NCBI RefSeq assembly: GCF_009914755.1
Contig: NC_060938.1
DNA length: 64,000 nt
Strand: one strand, 5' to 3'
DNA from: the human T2T-CHM13v2.0 reference genome, Homo sapiens
In this document: one piece after another, positions 62,761 through 64,000 of the stretch
Layout of the letters: each line of letters opens with the position of its first letter
How positions within the stretch are numbered: position 1 is the stretch's first letter
Translations under genes and position numbers: made by a program
The notes under the pieces: generated by a model
What the model saw: the letters and a program-made list of their open reading frames with translations, nothing else
Told to the model about the DNA's origin: nothing
Database searches by the model: none

Positions 62761-64000
62761 TAGCCAAATTAATTATACAAGGGAGGGTAAATCAGCTTTA
62801 GGATGCAGAATGACATATACCTAACATTATGTATCCCATGAGTGTTGCCTATATATTTATAATATAATGAGTGCTGTTTGCACATAATCTAACTAATAAC
62901 AACCCATCCTCCCCTTTTGATGTCTAGGATTTTGTATACCTATAAACCCTCTTCAATTGCATGTAATTAACACAATATTTTTCTTTTGAATGCTTGAATG
63001 TTCACTTATGATTTCCATGTGGCTTTATTAAAATGCAAATATTCTTTGTGGCTTGATCAGGGAGGTTGTGTTGTATAATTTGTTACTTTAATGAGCATGA
63101 TAGAATAAACAATGGTTTTTAATAAAGGATGGCCAAACTCAGAATCTTGGACATTTTCTATTGAATAATTTCTAGTGTATGGCACGTCCTGAAAAGATAT
63201 ACTATGAACAGTTAAATTTATTTTTCAAAAGTCAATAACATGATTGAACATACTTTTTGGAGTTCTACTTTGTGTTTTTTAGGAAGTTGAAGTATTTCCA
63301 AGGACATAGCTCCTGTAATGCATAAAATGAGCCCCTGTTTTTGGGTAAATTACCAGGAGGTTGATAAAGATATGAATATATTACTTAACTCTATGCTATT
63401 AATTTATTTGCTGTCATGAGCACTTATTATCCTAGGAAAATAAAGGTAAGACTTAATGAAATTTGTGAGCTGGACCATACATTCAATTTCTTTTAAACTG
63501 GGCTACTTATGCCTAACCCACCTTAACCACTCTGACTACCATTGAGTCTGGAATTCAGATAACCCAACCATACTGTGGTTGCATTAGAAAATCCTGAGGA
63601 CAAGTCATACATCCATCACCAAAAATGGAGTTCTTTGGAACTGTAGTGGTACAGTGGCAGCAACTACAGAAGTAATAGATGATCACCTCGGGGGAATACC
63701 AACAAAATGGAAAAGCTAGGAAGGTTGAGATAAACTTTGCTCTCTTGTGGTGCTGTTCTTATCACTTCAGTGGCCTCTTGTTATGTTTCAAATAAAATTT
63801 TAATATATAAAATATCCTATTGCTATCAGTTTTATCATTCAGTGTTTGGATCTTTATGTCTTTCAGAACATCAGTAAAGAAGAAAATGAACTATGATCAC
63901 AGAAAAAAAGTGCACTGTTACTAATACATATTATTGTTTTAATCCTGTATTGGGCATTATTAAAATGATGGGCAACTAGGAACATCTTAGAGCCTAAATG

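Overview
This window is non-coding primate (human-like) genomic DNA: AT-rich, CpG-depleted and roughly half made of recognisable interspersed repeats. These include Alu/FLAM, L1 of several ages, L2, MIR, CR1/L3, ERV1/ERVL/MaLR LTR elements and Tigger/hAT DNA transposons. I find no credible protein-coding exon, tRNA, rRNA or CRISPR array. The ORFs in the track are chance ORFs or decayed Alu/L1/MaLR frames, and I cannot name the locus. The largest elements are a two-LTR MSTA element carrying an inverted THE1D fragment (29.2-32.6 kb) and a non-autonomous LTR8/MER4-group ERV1 with a disrupted 3' LTR (48.4-55.9 kb). I see no evidence for a new multi-gene system. The most striking signal is a series of fold-back and template-switch structures visible directly in the sequence. 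They are a 42-bp near-perfect hairpin at an L1PA 5' junction (37357-37448), a nested micro-palindrome (20951-21081) and templated direct and inverted insertions in an old L1 (35.2-36.8 kb). They also include a ~0.9-kb THE1D/MSTA quasi-palindrome with a 35-nt spacer, an inverted internal fragment replacing an ERV 3' LTR, and two twin-primed L1s. There is also a 25-nt tailless U6 retrocopy with a perfect 14-bp TSD and a candidate GC-box/TATA promoter at 40.7 kb. Repeat subfamily names come from my memory of consensus sequences and need RepeatMasker/Dfam confirmation. Boundaries without a stated TSD are approximate.
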